Positions 41,170-50,746 are shown, numbered from the stretch's first letter. The stretch is 64,000 nucleotides of DNA from Nannocystis bainbridge (GCF_028368995.1 NZ_JAQNDL010000003.1:2784001-2848000); one strand, 5' to 3'. Translations and numbers: made by a program. Notes: generated by a model from the letters alone, not told the origin.

Positions 41170-41702
41170 GACAAAGATGTCTCGTGGGTCATGATGCAAG
41201 AGCCAGCTCACGCCGAGCCCTGCCGTCGCCGCGGGGCTTAGCCCAAGCGAATCGCGCTTGCTATCGCCCGAATCGTGAGTCTACGCGGCGCGCCCTGCGA
41301 AGCGCATGCAATCAGTGCACAGCGAGCTCGACCGCGATCGCAAGGGCCAGGACTGCATCCACCCGCCAATGGGCCCCGCGCCGGCGACGAACCCCACGAT
41401 CGATAGGCCGCGGCGGGTCCTATCAAGGCAGGGCACCCGGCTCGCTGTCCCTGCCCACGCGGCCCGGCGCCGGCCGCGGTCAGCAGTTCGCGCGCCAGGT
41501 CATCTGTCCGCGGGCCGGCGTCGTCGCGCCAATCACCGACGGCGCTGGCTCCGGCGCCCCGGCGATCGTCGAATCATCGGTGATGGCGAGATAAACTCGA
41601 ATTCATCGGCCTTCGCGCAGGCGGGCTTGTGTGATCATCCGCGCGAGTGAGGGTATTTCAAAAAACCCCGGCGCCGACCGGCGACTGCACGCCCTCCGGG
41701 CC

Positions 41703-42242
41703 TCAGCCCTTCACCATCGCCGCCAGCTGCAGCACCGTCCGCCAGTTGCGGGCCGTCACCGGCGAGCCGACCAGTCGATCGATCACCGCCGGCGACAGCT
41801 TCGTGCGCCCGGCCCCCTGCGGATAGTGGAACCACAGCACGTCCCCCGCCGCCACCACCCGCTCACCCGCCGTCGCCCGCTCGAGCAGCTCCGCCGCCGC
41901 GTCCGGCCGCGGCGGTCGCTTCGGCACCCCCAGCAGCACCAGGTTCGCCTCCGCCTCCGCGGCCGCCCGCAGCGGGTTGCCGGCCGCGAGCTGCTCCCAC
42001 TGGTCCGCCGTCCGCACCATCACGTCGATCTGCAGCCCGAACACCCGCGTGAGGCCCTGCTCGAGCGCCGCCTCGTGCTCCGCCGTCGACCCGTTCGCCG
42101 TGAACACCACGTTGCCGCTCTGGATGTACGTCTGCACCGCGGTCAGGCCGAGCTCGCCGCAGAGCGCGCGCAGGTCGGCCATCGGTACCTTGCGAGTGCC
42201 GCCGACGTTGATGCCGCGGAGGAGCGCGATGAAGCGGGTCAT
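41703..42242 (-). CDS. DUF1697 family protein
   Basis: IALLRGINVGG...TYIQSGNVVF...TARNWRTV. Confidence 0.92.
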   Translation of the reverse strand: MTRFIALLRGINVGGTRKVPMADLRALCGELGLTAVQTYIQSGNVVFTANGSTAEHEAALEQGLTRVFGLQIDVMVRTADQWEQLAAGNPLRAAAEAEANLVLLGVPKRPPRPDAAAELLERATAGERVVAAGDVLWFHYPQGAGRTKLSPAVIDRLVGSPVTARNWRTVLQLAAMVKG

Positions 42243-42320
42243 GCTGCGCAGGATGGTGCGCGCGCGCGCGGCCGCCTGACAAGCCCCGCCATGGGCGCGC
42301 CCGCGGTACCATCGCGTCCG

Positions 42321-42875
42321 ATGTCCAGCGACACCTTTTACGTCGAGATCCACCCCGTCTCGGACGACACCGTGGAGCTCCGGTGCACCACCGGCACCGC
42401 CGGCGGCACCAACGACTACGCGCTGACGCGATCGTTCGTGCTGTCGGTCCTGGTCGACGGCATGCCGTACCCTGGCACCGACCCGACGCCGCTGCACCGG
42501 GCCATGCAGGCCGTCAGCGGCCCGGTCCCGCCGGTGTGGGAAAAGAGCTTCCACCGCGAGCACATCGACAAGTTCATCGTCTCGGCCGAGCTCGTCGAGC
42601 GCCGCGGCATCATCGCCGACGAGCACGCCTGGCAGGAGGGCCGCGACATGGGCGGCCCCGGGTCCGAGGCGCTGTTCCCCTCGCACAGTTTCGTCCTCCG
42701 CGCCCGCGTCACCGACCCCCGCTTCCTCGAGGGCATCCAGTACGGCGCGCCCTTCGGCACCACCGCCTTCGACGCCTGGTGGGACGACCCGACCCGCCCG
42801 AGCTACGCCGAGATGGCCGCCATCGAGGCCAGAGCCTCGCGCTGGCACCCGAAGCCTGACGGCGACCTCGCTTGA
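42321..42875 (+). CDS. Hypothetical protein
   Basis: GC3-biased ORF from MSSDTFY. Confidence 0.7.
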   Translation: MSSDTFYVEIHPVSDDTVELRCTTGTAGGTNDYALTRSFVLSVLVDGMPYPGTDPTPLHRAMQAVSGPVPPVWEKSFHREHIDKFIVSAELVERRGIIADEHAWQEGRDMGGPGSEALFPSHSFVLRARVTDPRFLEGIQYGAPFGTTAFDAWWDDPTRPSYAEMAAIEARASRWHPKPDGDLA

Positions 42876-42904
42876 GTCACCCCGCTCCCCCGGCCGAGAC
42901 AACC

Positions 42905-42918
42905 TGTCCCTTCAGACA
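42905..42918. repeat. Single 14-bp TGTCCnnnnGGACA-family unit
   Basis: tgtcccttcagaca, 30 bp after the stop at 42875. Confidence 0.45.
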
Positions 42919-43022
42919 GCTCGAACTCCGGCCTCCCCGACCTGTCCTCTTCGCCACCTCGTGAGTGAGCCCGGCGGCTGCCTGCAGACACCCGCCGCGA
43001 TCGCGGGTAGAACTGCCCCGCC

Positions 43023-43985
43023 CTGCCCACCGGCGACATCCTCCCGCTCCTGATCACCCTGTTCGGGCTCGTCGTCGTCGGCCAGCTGTTGCGGCTCACG
43101 GGGGCCCTGCCGGCCGGCGCCCCGGACGTGCTCGCGCGCGTCATCCTGACCGTCACGATGCCGGCGCTGATCGTCGTCATCCTCGCCGACGCTCGCTTCG
43201 AGCCGGCTCTGGTGCCGGCGGTGTTCGCCTGCACCGTCGCCCTGTTCAGCGCCTGCGCTCTCGGCGTCCTGCTCCTGCGGTTTCGCGGCGCCTCGCGCCC
43301 CGCCCAGGGCGCCGCCGGCATCACCGCGGCCTTCGCCAACACCGCCTTCCTCGGCGTCCCCTTCGTCCTCGCCGTGTTCCCTGGCTCGCGCGGGGCCGCC
43401 ACCGCCGCGGTGATCATCGACACCGTCGACACCACCATCCTCCTGCTCACCTTCGGCGTCGCCTTCGCCGGCGCCATGGCGCGCCCGCGCGGCCCGGTCA
43501 CCACGCCGCTGCGGCCCCGGCTCCTGCGCGCCGGCGGCTCGCTGCTGCGCCAGCCGATGATCGTCGCCGTGCTCGTCGGCCTCGCGCTGGCTCTCGGCGG
43601 CCTCGCCATCCCGCCTGCCCTGGCCAAACCGCTCGCCCAGGTCGGCCAGACCACCGCAGTCCTCGCCTTCCTCACCATCGGCCTCGGCCTCGACCTCCGC
43701 TCCCTGCGCGGCCAGACCGTCCCGCTCGCCGGCATCGCGGTCATCAAGCTGCTCATCGCTCCGGCCCTCGCCTGCCTCGTCCTGCTCGCCCTCGACGTCC
43801 GCGGCGACGTCGCCCGCACCGCCGTCCTGCAGGCCGCCATGCCGACCGCCGTGGTCTCGGCGATCATCGCCACCAACGCCGGCTGCGACGGCCAGCTCGC
43901 CGCCGCCGCCGCCGTCGTCACCACCTTGCTGTCGCTCGCCACCCTCCCGCTCGTGCTCGCCGGCCTGCAGGCGATCGGTCTGTAG
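43023..43985 (+). CDS. AEC (auxin efflux carrier/malate permease) family transporter; start uncertain (CTG 43023 or TTG 43089)
   Basis: FANTAFLGVP, KLLIAP, LQAAMPTA, TTLLSLATLP. Confidence 0.85.
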   Translation: MPTGDILPLLITLFGLVVVGQLLRLTGALPAGAPDVLARVILTVTMPALIVVILADARFEPALVPAVFACTVALFSACALGVLLLRFRGASRPAQGAAGITAAFANTAFLGVPFVLAVFPGSRGAATAAVIIDTVDTTILLLTFGVAFAGAMARPRGPVTTPLRPRLLRAGGSLLRQPMIVAVLVGLALALGGLAIPPALAKPLAQVGQTTAVLAFLTIGLGLDLRSLRGQTVPLAGIAVIKLLIAPALACLVLLALDVRGDVARTAVLQAAMPTAVVSAIIATNAGCDGQLAAAAAVVTTLLSLATLPLVLAGLQAIGL

Positions 43986-44003
43986 CGGCGCGGACGATCC
44001 ACA

Positions 44004-44070
44004 TGTCCCATGAGACATGCTCGTCACATGTCTCGAACGACATGTCTCATAAAGCATGTCCGATCGCGCA
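44004..44070. repeat. Five-unit 14-bp TGTCCnnnnGGACA array with one 11-bp unit
   Basis: tgtcccatgagaca/tgctcgtcaca/tgtctcgaacgaca/tgtctcataaagca/tgtccgatcgcgca, between convergent genes. Confidence 0.85.
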
Positions 44071-44087
44071 TCATGCCGGACCGAAAG

Positions 44088-44660
44088 TCATCGCCCCGCC
44101 TCGGCCCGCTCCACGAGCCGCAGCTCGAGCGCCAGCATCTGTTCGCGCCCGCGCAGTTCGGCTTGCTCGATCGCGTGCAGCAGCACCACCACCGCCGCCG
44201 TCACCAGCAGCGCCAGCGACACCCCCAGCATCGTCAGCGCCTGCGGCCCCGGCGAGGCAGCAGCCAGCGCCCCCACCATCCCGACCGTGACCAGCGTGAA
44301 GCCGAAGGCCATGCGCGCCGCCGCCCCGCGATCGCGGCGGCGGTGCACCGCTCCGCGTCGCAGCACCCCAGCCGCCCACAGCGACCAGCTGGCCCCGAAG
44401 GCCGCGCACAGCATCAGCACCGCCCGGGTCAGCGGCGGCAGCGTGTCCGGCTCGCTCACCACCAGACTCGCGCACACCCCCGCGCCCACCAGCCCTGCCG
44501 TCGCCACCAGCGCGTGCAGCAGCCGCTGCGGCAGCGTCAACGGCCGCACCAGCAGCGCCTCCATCTGCCGGCGATGCTGCTCGCGCAGGGCCGCCGACGT
44601 GTGCGTCTGCTCGAGCGCGAGCAGCTCGTCCGAGAACCTCTTCGATTGATCTCCCATCAT
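44088..44660 (-). CDS. Four-transmembrane protein, putative anti-sigma factor
   Basis: Directly downstream of an ECF gene. AAGGAG Shine-Dalgarno. Four hydrophobic helices. Confidence 0.7.
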   Translation of the reverse strand: MMGDQSKRFSDELLALEQTHTSAALREQHRRQMEALLVRPLTLPQRLLHALVATAGLVGAGVCASLVVSEPDTLPPLTRAVLMLCAAFGASWSLWAAGVLRRGAVHRRRDRGAAARMAFGFTLVTVGMVGALAAASPGPQALTMLGVSLALLVTAAVVVLLHAIEQAELRGREQMLALELRLVERAEAGR

Positions 44661-44703
44661 CGATCTCCTTCCATCTCCCCAAAGCAATGAAATTGTCCCG
44701 TTC

Positions 44704-45249
44704 TCATGATTCGCCTGTCAGCACCGCGCGCAGCGCTCGTCGGGCCTTGAACAGCCGGGATTTCACCGTGCCCGGCGGGATCGCCAGCACCTCGGCGATC
44801 TCCGCGATCGAGAGGTCATCCAAAAAGCACAGCGTCAGCACCTCGCGGTCGACCGGCGGCAGGCGGGCCAGCCCGGCGTAGACCTGCTCGGCGTCCGCCC
44901 AGCGCTCCAGCGGATCGTCCTCGTCGACCGGCTCCGGTGCGTCGGTCGCGGTGCGCTCGCGTTCGGCGTAGCGGCCGCGCAGGTGGCTCATCAGCGTATT
45001 GCGGGCGATCGCGTACAGCCACTGCGGCAGGCGCCCTGGCTCGCGCAGGCGATCGATCCGCGAGAGCACGGCCACCCACACCTCCTGCATCACCTGCCAC
45101 GCCGCCTCCTCCTCGGCCAGCATGCGGCGGACGTAGAAGAACAGGCGCGGCTCCCACACGCGCACCAGCTCGGCCAGCGCAGCGGGCTCGCCTCGCCGGC
45201 AGCGGAGCGCCAGCAGTTCATGACGGATACGGTCGTTCTCGCGGCTCAT
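44704..45249 (-). CDS. ECF RNA polymerase sigma factor
   Basis: QEVWV, WLYAIARN, LSIAEIAEVLAIPPGTVKSRLFKAR. Confidence 0.92.
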   Translation of the reverse strand: MSRENDRIRHELLALRCRRGEPAALAELVRVWEPRLFFYVRRMLAEEEAAWQVMQEVWVAVLSRIDRLREPGRLPQWLYAIARNTLMSHLRGRYAERERTATDAPEPVDEDDPLERWADAEQVYAGLARLPPVDREVLTLCFLDDLSIAEIAEVLAIPPGTVKSRLFKARRALRAVLTGES

Positions 45250-45267
45250 CGGTGCTCGTCCCGGTAC

Positions 45268-45294
45268 AGTCGCCGACCCCGGGCCCCCGGTTCA
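45268..45294 (-). promoter_or_regulatory. Candidate autoregulatory ECF promoter TGAACC-N16-CGACT
   Basis: Canonical ECF -35 AAC box and 16-nt spacer, 18 nt upstream of the ECF ATG. Confidence 0.55.
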
Positions 45295-46046
45295 CGCCCG
45301 GGTGAAAATTTCTCACAGGGCCTCGTTGCGGGCCCCTGGCGCCGGTATTTCCCGGGCAGGGGACCCCGCGCAGCACGCGTGCCCCCGGGCGACGTCCCCG
45401 GTTCGAGGGATGCGTCCGCCTCGACCTCGCTACCCGCGGCCGCGAGGGTCCGGTCGGCTCCGAGCTCGTCCCGACCTGGCCCTTCAGACATCTATACATT
45501 CACCCAGCGGCGCGCCGGTCGCCGCGCGGCGGGTGCGACGAATGTCCCACCGGCGGTCACTCGCGGCCCGCCCTCACCCCGTGTATGACCACTACCCTCA
45601 ATGACCATACCGTCGAATCACGACAGCCCGGCGAACGCTCCTGCCCGTGCGCGGCGGGCTCCGGGGCCGCCGCGGGCGCGCCGCTTGTCCAATGAATCCA
45701 GCCAGTTCCCCCGCCACGCCGCGCGGCGGCCCGGACGCGGCCCGCGGCGCGGCGTCCGGTCCTCGCGGCGCGGCGGGCGATGCACGCCAATCACTATGTC
45801 TATTGTGTAGCGCGTTACATCCTGGCGGACCGCGGCGGGAATTCGCGGCTGCGCGGGCTCGTCCGGCGATCGGTCGGCACCCATGATTTCACCGGTCTAT
45901 TCGCGTCTCGGCCGCGCGGCGACGGCCCCGCGCGGCCGCTTCCGGCCATACGTCGCCATTGCTCGCCTGCGCGACGCCATCATCCTTCGAATCGGAGCGG
46001 CCGCGGGGCTCCACCCGCCGTCCTCCGCAAGAAAGGATTTGCTACC

Positions 46047-46646
46047 ATGTCTCGCAACATTCTCATGTTGGCCCCTGCGCTCGCGTTCGCTCTGCCGTTC
46101 GTCACCTCCCAGCCGACGATGGCGCGTCCCCTGGCCACCCCGGCCCCCGAGACGCTGTGGGGCGGCCACGACGACGATGATGACGACGACGACCACGGGG
46201 GCGACGACGTGATCGGCCTGCTGGTCTGCTTCGAGGCGCAGATCGTGCTCGGGGAGGAGAACCGCGCCCTCTCGTGCGACCTCGTCGAGGGCCCGCAGTG
46301 CCTCTCCAACTGCACCGCCGAGGCGGTCGCCCCGCTGTGCGCCTCGGAGATCGCCACCCGCGCCCGCGGCGGTGACTTCGCCTCCTGTCAGGAGGAGCGC
46401 CTGGCCGCCTGCCGCAGTCAATGCGAGACCGGCGGCGCCGCCTTCTGCCACGAGGGCGCGGCCCTCGAGGCCCGCGACGGCAAGCACGACGACGACGACG
46501 ACGACAACGACGACAACAACCACAAGGACGACGACGACGATGACGACGACATCCAGTCGAACATCGACATCCACGAGGAGGACGGCCTGATCTTCATCGA
46601 CATCGAGATCTGCCTCGACCTCATGATCGACCCCGACCGGCTCTGA
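46047..46646 (+). CDS. Secreted Cys-rich protein with two poly-Asp tracts
   Basis: AAAGGA Shine-Dalgarno, signal peptide, HDDDDDDDDH and HDDDDDDNDDNNHKDDDDDDDD flanking a Cys-rich core. Confidence 0.75.
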   Translation: MSRNILMLAPALAFALPFVTSQPTMARPLATPAPETLWGGHDDDDDDDDHGGDDVIGLLVCFEAQIVLGEENRALSCDLVEGPQCLSNCTAEAVAPLCASEIATRARGGDFASCQEERLAACRSQCETGGAAFCHEGAALEARDGKHDDDDDDNDDNNHKDDDDDDDDIQSNIDIHEEDGLIFIDIEICLDLMIDPDRL

Positions 46647-46706
46647 TCGGCGCAGCGCCCAGCGCCTGGCCGCGATCGGCGCTTCGCCGGTCGCGGCCCC
46701 TTCGCG

Positions 46707-47810
46707 TCACAGGCCCTGCACGAACTCCCAGATCCGCTGGCCGCCGAACAGCGGCCAGCCGTGGGTGGTGTCGTCGTAACCACCCTCGCTGTGCTCGCAC
46801 CACACCACCGGCGCGCCGGGATCGCAGCCCTGGTACGCCGCGCAAGCGTGGCTCTCGGGCTCGGCCTCGACCGCGGCGTGGACCTCGGCGATCGTCGGCA
46901 CCGTGTCCTCACCGCAGCCGTCGCGCTCGCGCCAGAAATCGCGCGCCTGCTCGCCGTTGTCGAACGGTACGTGCACGTCGGCGATCCCGTGGATCACCAG
47001 CGCCGCGACCTTGTCGACGCAGCCGTCCTTCTCGGGCAAGTAGCCAGCCACCGGCGCTATCGCCAGCAGCCGGTCGCCGAACCGACAGCCGAGGATGTTG
47101 ACAAAATGCGCGCCCGAGCTGGTGCCGGCGGCGAACACCCGCGCCTCGTCGACACAATACTCGCCGACCATGCGATCGAGCACCGCCGTGAAGAACTCGG
47201 CGTTGATCTCGCGCTCGCCGTCGCCTTCCCAGCCGGTCCCGCCGAGCGACGTCATGTAGATCAGGATCGCGTGCTCCTGCATCGCCGCCTGAAACCCGGC
47301 GCAATCACCGTCCTGACAATTGGGCCCGGTGCGGTTGCGACCGTGGAAGGCGAAGCCGAGCGGATACGGCGTATTGGGATCGTAGTTGGGAGGCAGCGAC
47401 ACGATGTACTGCCCCGATTGACCCTGCACCGAGATCTTGTGCGCCCCGCTCGACGGATTCATCGCACCACAGCCCGCGCTGCCGACCGGCTCGATGGGGC
47501 CCGTCGTCGTGCTCGGATCGGTGGTCGTCGTGCTCGCTTCGGTCGTCGGCTCCCCGGTCGTCGGCTCCCCGGTCGTCGGCGCGCCGGTCGTGCCCGCGTC
47601 CGTGCTCGTCGAGGCCGCGGCGGTCGTCCCGCCGGTGGTCGTGCTGGCCTCGCCGGTGGGCCCGCCGGTGCTCGTCGACGCGTCCGTCGTGCCCGTCGTG
47701 GTCGCCACGCCCGTCGCGTCGGTGTCACCGCCGCCGCCGCCCGAGCAGCCGCCGATCGCCCCGACCGCCAGCCACCCCACCCACCACAGATCGCGCAATC
47801 CGAGGATCAT
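46707..47810 (-). CDS. Lipoprotein esterase, LpqC/PHB depolymerase/feruloyl esterase-like
   Basis: Lipobox IGGC, GSAGCG, FAFHG, GTSSG nucleophile, IHGIAD, HGWP. Confidence 0.85.
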   Translation of the reverse strand: MILGLRDLWWVGWLAVGAIGGCSGGGGGDTDATGVATTTGTTDASTSTGGPTGEASTTTGGTTAAASTSTDAGTTGAPTTGEPTTGEPTTEASTTTTDPSTTTGPIEPVGSAGCGAMNPSSGAHKISVQGQSGQYIVSLPPNYDPNTPYPLGFAFHGRNRTGPNCQDGDCAGFQAAMQEHAILIYMTSLGGTGWEGDGEREINAEFFTAVLDRMVGEYCVDEARVFAAGTSSGAHFVNILGCRFGDRLLAIAPVAGYLPEKDGCVDKVAALVIHGIADVHVPFDNGEQARDFWRERDGCGEDTVPTIAEVHAAVEAEPESHACAAYQGCDPGAPVVWCEHSEGGYDDTTHGWPLFGGQRIWEFVQGL

Positions 47811-47904
47811 GGGCCACGCTACCAAATCCGCGGCGGTCCGGCGAATCGACGCGGCGCGTTCTCGATCGGTCGACACCCTGCGGCGAATCGGCGACCCTCG
47901 GCGC

Positions 47905-48735
47905 ATGCGCGATCCTCGAGAGGTCTCACGCTCGGACGCCGCGGCGATGGGGGCAGAGGCCCTGAAGGTCTGTCACGCCGGTCGATACACCGCGCCCTCG
48001 GGCCGGGTCGTCGCGCTGGATGATCCGATCGCCCGCGCGATCGCCGGGACCACCGACATCCCGCCCGACCTCGACCTCGACCTCGCGCCGGGCGGCGACC
48101 GGCCCGTGCGCTTCGAGGTCGTCAATGTCAGCACTCTGGTCGCCGCGCGCCGGCTCCACGACGCCGGCCGCGACGTCGTCGCCCTCAACTTCGCCTCCGC
48201 GCGCCGCCCGGGCGGCGGCTTCCTGTCGGGCGCGCGGGCCCAGGAGGAGTCGCTGTGCCGCGCCTCCGCGCTCTTCGTATGTCTCGAAGGCCAGGCGATG
48301 TACCGCCACCACGACGGCTGGCAGGACGCGATGCACGGCGACCGTATGGTCCATTCGCCGGCGGTCCCGGTGTTTCGCGGCGACCACGGCCCGCTGCTCG
48401 AGCAGCCGTGGCCCTGCGGCTTCATCACCGCCGCCGCGCCCAACCGCAACGCCCTGCGCCGCCACGCCCCCGAGCGCGAGCCGGAGCTGCCGCGAGTGTT
48501 CGCCGCCCGCATCGCCCGCGTGCTCGCGGTCGCCGCCCGCGCCGGCCACGACGCCGTGGTCCTCGGCGCCTGGGGCTGCGGCGCGTTCGGCTGCGACCCC
48601 GAGCTCGTCGCCGAGCAGTTCCACGCCGCCCTGTCCGGCCCGTTCCGCGGCACCTTCGCGCACGTCGTGTTCGCCGTCCTCGACACCAGCCCCGAGCGCC
48701 GCACCATCGCCCCGTTCGAGCGCCGGTTTACATGA
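47905..48735 (+). CDS. TIGR02452 family protein (bacterial PARG-like macrodomain)
   Basis: LNFASARRPGGGFLSGARAQEESLCRAS, LGAWGCGAFG. Confidence 0.9.
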   Translation: MRDPREVSRSDAAAMGAEALKVCHAGRYTAPSGRVVALDDPIARAIAGTTDIPPDLDLDLAPGGDRPVRFEVVNVSTLVAARRLHDAGRDVVALNFASARRPGGGFLSGARAQEESLCRASALFVCLEGQAMYRHHDGWQDAMHGDRMVHSPAVPVFRGDHGPLLEQPWPCGFITAAAPNRNALRRHAPEREPELPRVFAARIARVLAVAARAGHDAVVLGAWGCGAFGCDPELVAEQFHAALSGPFRGTFAHVVFAVLDTSPERRTIAPFERRFT

Positions 48736-48774
48736 CCGATAGGACATGTCTACATGAACATGTCCTATCGTTCA
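48733..48774. repeat. Three-unit 14-bp TGTCCnnnnGGACA array filling the gap between convergent stops
   Basis: tgaccgataggaca/tgtctacatgaaca/tgtcctatcgttca. The first TGA is the stop codon of the TIGR02452 gene. Confidence 0.85.
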
Positions 48775-48776
48775 TC

Positions 48777-49409
48777 TCATGATCTTCTGGCCCCGATCCT
48801 GAATCGCAGCACCATCAGCGCCAGCGGCATGTAGCGCCCGAGCACCAGCGCGTTCGGCGGCCCCATGTAGAGCAGCGACATCCCGGTGGCCAGCAGCGCC
48901 TCGCGCACGGGCGGGTTGGCCTTCAGCTTGGCCTCGGTCGCGCGCGCGATCAGCACCCCGTGCTCGACCGAATTGACCGCGATCTCCTCGCCGCGCCAGC
49001 GGAACGTCCGGCGCCCGCCGGTGCCGAAGCGCCGCCTCTCCGCCGTGTCCGCCGCCACCGCCGCCCGGGCCGGCGAGTCCTCCTCCAGCTTCAAGCATTG
49101 ATGAAAGCAGCTCACGCTGCAGCACGCGAGCCCGTCGAGCACGAACGGCGCCGGCCATTCGCTGGACAGCGGCGACATGGAGATCATGTGATTGACCGGC
49201 CGCCGCTGCGCGGCCCGCCACGCCTCGTACGCGCGCGCGTCCAGCTTCAGCGCGTGGGCCTCGTGCCGGGCCGCGTGCGCGTCCGCGACCGTCGCTCGCC
49301 GGCCCAGGTAGAGCAGCCCCTCGAGCTCCGGATCGTCGGGGTCGATCGCCCGACAGACATCCTCGACGCCGCGACCCCTCAGCAGCTCTCGCAGCGGTGG
49401 CGCGCCCAT
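48777..49409 (-). CDS. NADAR/YbiA-like domain protein (divergent)
   Basis: SPLSSEWPAPFVLDG...SVSCFHQCLK, EAKLKANPPVREALLATG. Confidence 0.65.
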   Translation of the reverse strand: MGAPPLRELLRGRGVEDVCRAIDPDDPELEGLLYLGRRATVADAHAARHEAHALKLDARAYEAWRAAQRRPVNHMISMSPLSSEWPAPFVLDGLACCSVSCFHQCLKLEEDSPARAAVAADTAERRRFGTGGRRTFRWRGEEIAVNSVEHGVLIARATEAKLKANPPVREALLATGMSLLYMGPPNALVLGRYMPLALMVLRFRIGARRS

Positions 49410-49464
49410 CGGTCGACTATACGCCGCGTCGTGGGGCCCCGTGATTTCCTGTTACCCTCGGTTC

Positions 49465-50745
49465 ATGCGTGTCCGCGCCGCCTGTCGCCGCTCGTGCCTC
49501 ACCGGCGCGCTCGTGCTCCTCGCGTGCAGCGCGAGCCCACCGCCCGCGAGCGACCCGCCGCCCGTGCGCGCCGGGGTCCCGGCCGCGCCCGAACCTGCGC
49601 CGCCCGAATCAGCCGAATCTCCGCCCGCGCCCGCGAACAACCCTGCGGCGATCGCCGGCCCGCTCGACTACGCCGTGATCGACGGCGGCGTGCTCGTCGT
49701 GTGGTCGCGCCACGACGGCGACGCCAGCGAGATCGTCGCCCAGCGCCTGGACCCGCGCGGCCAGCCGCTCGCGCCGCCCCGGCACGTCCTGCGCAGCGAG
49801 GGCGAGATCGTCGACCTCGAGCTCAGCCACGCCCGGGGTCACGCGTGGATCGCCTACGTCGCCGAGCTCGACGCCGAGACGGCGAGCGGGCTGCTCGGCG
49901 TCATCGGGCTCGCGGGCGACCTCACCGTCTCACGCACGCACGTCCTCGATCGCTTCACCGCCGTGGCCCTGTCCGCCTGGGGTGGTTCGCGCGTGCGGGT
50001 GCAGGCGCAGGGGCCCGAAGCCGCCGTGGTCGCCTCGATCGGCGACCCGGTCATCTGCCGCGATCGCGTGCTCCGGCGCGACCGTCCGTGCCCCGGCTAT
50101 CACCTGTTCGGCGTGCGCGGCGACGGCTTCGATCGCGTCGCCAGCGTCGGCGTCGACGGCGGTCAGGCCGACATGGGCCGCCTCGTCGATGTCGGCGCCG
50201 GCGTCCTCCTCGACGTCTGGGCCTGGCACGGCGGCCCCACCCACGCCGACCTCTACCTGCCACGTGGCGCCACCGCGGCGCGTAAGCCGAAGTTCCGCCG
50301 CGTCGCCTGCCGTCCCCCGTTCCGCCGCGATTTCGACGGCGAGGCGCTGGTCTCGTGGTGCGCCAGCGATGACCTCGAAGCAGACTGCCAGGGCGACCCC
50401 CAGGGCTGCGCCCAGATCCACCTCGTCACCCTCGCCGACCGCGTCCTTACCCCGCGCACGGGCCAGCCCGGCGTCCCGATCACCGGCCAGGCGCTCCGCT
50501 GCAGCGGCGGTCGGCCCGTCCTCGACCTCACCTGGCAGGGCGGCTCGCGGCGGTTCGACCCGCAGGCCCCCGGCGCCGACCTCGACCTCCGGCTCGAGCT
50601 CGGCGTGTGGACCGGCGAGCTCGGCCTGCAGATCGCCGAGGACGGCCAGCTCACCCGCCTCCGCTGCGGCCCTGACGATCGCCTCGCGCGCGACCCCGAG
50701 CCCGCCGCTCCGCTCGACCTCGGCGCTGTCGCGACACCGCCGTGA
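49465..50745 (+). CDS. Hypothetical lipoprotein
   Basis: Lipobox LLAC, Pro-rich linker. Confidence 0.7.
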   Translation: MRVRAACRRSCLTGALVLLACSASPPPASDPPPVRAGVPAAPEPAPPESAESPPAPANNPAAIAGPLDYAVIDGGVLVVWSRHDGDASEIVAQRLDPRGQPLAPPRHVLRSEGEIVDLELSHARGHAWIAYVAELDAETASGLLGVIGLAGDLTVSRTHVLDRFTAVALSAWGGSRVRVQAQGPEAAVVASIGDPVICRDRVLRRDRPCPGYHLFGVRGDGFDRVASVGVDGGQADMGRLVDVGAGVLLDVWAWHGGPTHADLYLPRGATAARKPKFRRVACRPPFRRDFDGEALVSWCASDDLEADCQGDPQGCAQIHLVTLADRVLTPRTGQPGVPITGQALRCSGGRPVLDLTWQGGSRRFDPQAPGADLDLRLELGVWTGELGLQIAEDGQLTRLRCGPDDRLARDPEPAAPLDLGAVATPP

Positions 50746-50746
50746 A

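Noticed and set aside
41178-41191. tgtctcgtgggtca as a member of the 14-bp family
   Set aside because: Single degenerate unit upstream of a start codon with no phased neighbour. Could be chance.
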